From positions 1 to 35,594 of the forward strand of contig NW_027191525.1 of NCBI RefSeq assembly GCF_011745625.1: 35,594 nt of DNA. The letters run 5' to 3'. Under the pieces are notes generated by a model. It did not search any database and was not told the origin of the DNA. It worked only from the letters and a program-made list of their open reading frames with translations. The stretch is from Cladosporium halotolerans. Lineage: Eukaryota. Positions within the stretch are counted from its first letter, which is position 1; the number at the start of each line of letters is the position of its first letter. Shown piece after piece: positions 33,201 through 35,594 of this stretch. Position numbers and translations under genes: made by a program.

Positions 33201-34224
33201 CGAATATCCCAGGCACATGCAGTACGCTCTTGAGGACTATTTTTCCTCTCCTCCCGTCCGGTAGAAGTGTATCGAGCTCAACCTGGCCTATTCCTTCAGT
33301 TTCGATAAAACCGGAAGCTGTCTGCAAACGTTTGCAAGTCGGCTCGTAAGCAGTGAAGACTCGCCGTGAATTGCATATGTGATCTGTACACCCAGTGTCG
33401 ATATACCAGTTGTCTTTCCGTGCTTGACCGATTGCCATAGCGCAAAACGCCCCAGGGCCGCCGTTCGTTACCGTGCTGCCTGGCTTCTCTGCCTTGCAGA
33501 ATCTTTGCATGTGGCCAGTCTTCCCGCATCGGTAGCACTTGCCCTTGAACGGTTCCTTGTTTTTTCCGCCTGGCGCACGGAGAGCCATCACTGTCGATTC
33601 CATCTCCTGGTGTACTCGGCTCTCATCGATCAGTTCTGCAATCACCTCATCCAGCTCGGGATCCTTCGTACGTGCTGCCTGCCTCTTCGTTGTCACGTAC
33701 GTCTCGAACGCAGGACCCAGATTTGCCAGCAGCACTGACGTGACGATCCAGTCATCGATCCTCGAGCCCATGTTCGCAAGCCTCCTCGTAGTCTGCTTTA
33801 CGTGCTCCGTGTACTCCTCAATCGACTTGGTGTCTTCATACCGCACCGAGATCAAGCTCTTGAGAGCCAGGAACCGTGCGTTGTATCCCCGCTCTTCGTA
33901 GAGTCGTCTCAACTTGTCCCACATGCCCTTGGCAGTGGACTCGTCGTCGATGTACCTCTTCGGCCCATCGTTGACGCTTAGAGCAATAGCAGCACGAGCT
34001 CTATTGTTCTTCTTGTTCCACTCGCGTAGACCCTTCTCGGCGTCAGCCCGTTCAGCTGAGCCTCGGTCATACTCGGAACTTTCGGACGGGGAGTCTTCGC
34101 TCCCATCCACGACCTCCCATAGGTCTTTGTTCATCAGCATATACATGGCGTTCGTTGCCCATGCTGAATAGTTCGACGCTCCGTCCAGCTTGTCGAAGTT
34201 GAACGTGCTCGTGGTGGACGCCAT
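30259..34224 (-). CDS. Copia Gag-Pol polyprotein, ~1321 aa
   Basis: Gag zinc knuckle CYRCGKTGHMQRFC; protease WYIDTGC; integrase HHCC (WHKRLGH..CEAC) and DDE (HSDIVGP, RSDNGKEY, NGLAER); RT (MDVKTAFL, LYGLKQAPR, YVDDLL); RNase H (YSDADW, EAEY, DNQGA, LADCLTK). First ATG at 34224. Confidence 0.97.
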   Translation of the reverse strand: MASTTSTFNFDKLDGASNYSAWATNAMYMLMNKDLWEVVDGSEDSPSESSEYDRGSAERADAEKGLREWNKKNNRARAAIALSVNDGPKRYIDDESTAKGMWDKLRRLYEERGYNARFLALKSLISVRYEDTKSIEEYTEHVKQTTRRLANMGSRIDDWIVTSVLLANLGPAFETYVTTKRQAARTKDPELDEVIAELIDESRVHQEMESTVMALRAPGGKNKEPFKGKCYRCGKTGHMQRFCKAEKPGSTVTNGGPGAFCAMAIGQARKDNWYIDTGCTDHICNSRRVFTAYEPTCKRLQTASGFIETEGIGQVELDTLLPDGRRGKIVLKSVLHVPGIFANFISGCRMSMGNATFDMKTYLIRQKGVTLGHAPPEGGLFMLRVPETRTVIAATALRPTSLEVWHKRLGHLGYDSVKRLAALSEGLELTDTRVQTSSCEACSLSKSQKTYVSSTGCKAKEVFELIHSDIVGPITPMGYDGSRYYVSFVDDHTRLSRVYVLKEKSQLASKLRDFYEWCLAQRGVRIKRIRSDNGKEYDNGPLKSWMAEKGIQWEPSVPYSPEQNGLAERTQRTNTDKARAMIADSGLDKSLWPELVMTSNYLRNRSPSKAIGKTPYEAFVGAKPSLGHLRMVGSVAYTLLPKARRLQSAKFDSRASKCRLVGYEGDSIFRVWNPKTKKVARAKDVTFDEGIDRLPTVDPPDVIWQGETEQPSEAATESPRCAESPPEESERRERSDQDDGREPAHAEGRVSGQDDQTQAPEEARELDLPEPGKGKTRSGRSVRLPQRYANVLAANDTIEPKTYAEAIEGPEESLWRDAMDDEMLSHAENQTWDVVDLPPGQKVLSGKWVYRLKRGPEGEIKRHKGRWVVRGFEQREGIDYDEVFAAVVKPASFRPIFALAAVNDLEIEQMDVKTAFLHGKIEETIYVKMPTGYAQDGKVCRLNKGLYGLKQAPRMWYETLRVFLESRGFSRTEADHSVFVTQRGMRGLVVVVYVDDLLIVGKDRRAIQDLKGALHRRFSMTDLGPVGHYLGMVVTRDRVAGTITLTQTGYVGKVLKEFGMDDAKPAATPMETGGAPLEKQLTETATPMEVVRYQSAVGSLMYLMTATRPDIAFAVSMVSRFAQSPSDSHWKAVKRIMRYLRGTASRGVTLGGGSAKLTGYSDADWGGDHATRRSTSGYIFMMGGGPISWCSKRQATVALSSCEAEYIALTQATKEAVWLRLLLTELGVPDAEPTRILADNQGAMALAKNPEFHTRTKHIDIQYHFVRQEVGRKRVQLEFVGSEDMLADCLTKALPAKAFRKFLDRTQAGLRPDEKDCQDRS

Positions 34225-34363
34225 CGTGCTCAAGGTCGCGATCGGTTGGATCCGCGCTGTCAGCCCCAATGCGCAGTCCCGCGTTACAATCCAGATCCCT
34301 ACTAAGGCGTATGTCAGATCACGGAAGGGACACACTTCTCACAATGTCCGTATAGGTGCCGCC

Positions 34364-34375
34364 GGGCTCATAACC
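34364..34375 (-). other. Primer-binding site GGTTATGAGCCC (initiator tRNA-Met half-molecule type)
   Basis: Directly follows the 5' LTR on the minus strand and matches the PBS type used by yeast Ty5 and Drosophila copia. Confidence 0.85.
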
Positions 34376-34521
34376 TGTTGGAAGGCCTGTTGGAGGGAAA
34401 GTGTGAGAGGAGTTGTGTATTCTCCTATCCACTGCAGTAAAGACTGTAAATATGTAGCCCTCCTGAAACTGTGGCTTGTCGCAGAAGCAAGGCTGCCTCA
34501 GGAAGGGACTGCATTCCAACA
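34376..34521 (-). repeat. 5' LTR of copia element
   Basis: 146 bp, identical by eye to 30106-30251. Confidence 0.97.
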
Positions 34522-35594
34522 GGTTCGTACATGGTCGTTGGTCGTCGGCCTCTGTCCCCCTTTTGAGATCGCTACAGGCATCTGCACCTCGATCTGCACG
34601 CCGTGCTCAAAGGACCTTGCCACCACAAGCTCCGGTGAAGCGCAGTGTCTCTGGCAATTGGTCGTTGGCTCCTGTATCATCGTCTTAGGTTGTAGCCCGA
34701 TGACTCGACTTCCCGCCTTGGCTTACCATTGCAGTCAAGGAACCGAGCGGATAGTTCTCGGTGCGAGTGTGGTCTTCACCGGTCCTCATGGTGAGGCCTA
34801 TTGATCTTCAGGACCACCGCCTCCCTGCACCGTTGTCTACCAAACACCCTCTTCGCTGGTCCAGGACACAAAATTTTGCAAGATATGGTAGTCAGATACA
34901 CCGACTTTCTGGCTGGCAAGAGACTGGAACCTGTCGACGGCCAGCTCACCCCTTCCTCCGCGGTCTCTGATGCGCGCAGTGGTTGGGAAAATGTCGGACA
35001 TGGAGATCTCAAAACCGACGGGGTTACCCACGACGGCGAACGCAGCGACTCGATCGGCCGCAGGCAGTTGGAGCGTGGTCTTTGTGTCATACGGCCTCCG
35101 ATGCGTACATATGTGGATTGCTGGTCGTGTGTGATGAAGGGTGATGGAGTAAGCATAGTCGCGACCGATGAGCGTTTGTTTGCGCCCGCTGACATCAGCA
35201 GTGTTCCGATGGTGGCATGCCTTGCCAGAGATGTGTTGTTAGGTCGCAGAGAGCCCAACAATACCCCCTCGATTGCAACAGGATGAAGCTGCAGGACTTC
35301 GTGATGGATTTCCTGCCCCCATCGTATACCGTGATGCATCAGAAACAGGGCATAGAAGACTGCGTGCATCAGCAAGTGCAAGCCTGGGCAGTGAACTTAT
35401 TGGTTCGGTCAATCTGGTTTTTGTGGTTCAGTTGGTAGGTTTTCGTAGGTTACGGTTCGGCCTTGGTCATGTATCTGGTTGGTTTGGTTCAAAGACTTCG
35501 GTTTCCATTGGAAACCAGTACCCAATGCGGTAACCTTCGCGTGCCAATCATCGGAGACATCGAGCTGCTGTACGTATCTAGGTACGTACCTCAG

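Larger units (their letters stand above)
30106..34521 (-). mobile_element. Complete Ty1/copia LTR retrotransposon, 4416 bp
   Basis: Two identical 146-bp LTRs (TGTTGGAA...TTCCAACA), 5-bp TSD GGTTC (30101-30105, 34522-34526), PBS, PPT and a single uninterrupted gag-pol ORF in PR-IN-RT-RH order. Confidence 0.98.

Noticed and set aside
29779..34804. ORFs crossing or antisense to the copia element (e.g. 30079-30705, 34190-34804, 29779-30252)
   Set aside because: They are shadow frames of gag-pol or read-throughs of the LTR; their shared peptide is simply the duplicated LTR.
29600..35400. Host gene interrupted by the copia insertion
   Set aside because: Joining the flanks at the GGTTC target gave only short ORFs with no recognisable motifs in the frames I read.
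1..35594. Starship captain (DUF3435), CRISPR array, rRNA/tRNA genes, secondary-metabolite backbone genes
   Set aside because: No tyrosine-recombinase motifs, repeat-spacer array, RNA-gene signature or PKS/NRPS motifs were seen.

Overview
This is eukaryotic DNA, apparently from a filamentous ascomycete (probably a Dothideomycete), judged by short GT-AG introns with CTRAC branch sites and fungal gene families. It looks like a gene-sparse accessory region. Two young transposons with no visible RIP sit near the ends. One is a Fot1/pogo DNA transposon (161-1995; perfect 43-bp TIRs, TA TSD, frameshifted transposase). The other is a complete Ty1/copia retrotransposon (30106-34521; identical 146-bp LTRs, GGTTC TSD, Ty5-type PBS). 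Between them I manually spliced several genes. A head-to-head pair encodes a divergent Hsp70/actin-fold ATPase with a histone-H3-like N-terminus and an ATP-grasp ligase-like protein. The others are a Wor1/Gti1 (WOPR) transcription factor, a PTH11-like 7TM protein with an 11-nt microexon, a cryptic 5-exon FKBP12-like gene with a degenerate active site (fragmented and unrecognisable in the ORF track), a small Zn2Cys6 factor, and several hypothetical or orphan genes. Many resemble diverged copies of core regulatory genes. All family calls come from motif recognition by eye; no searches were run.
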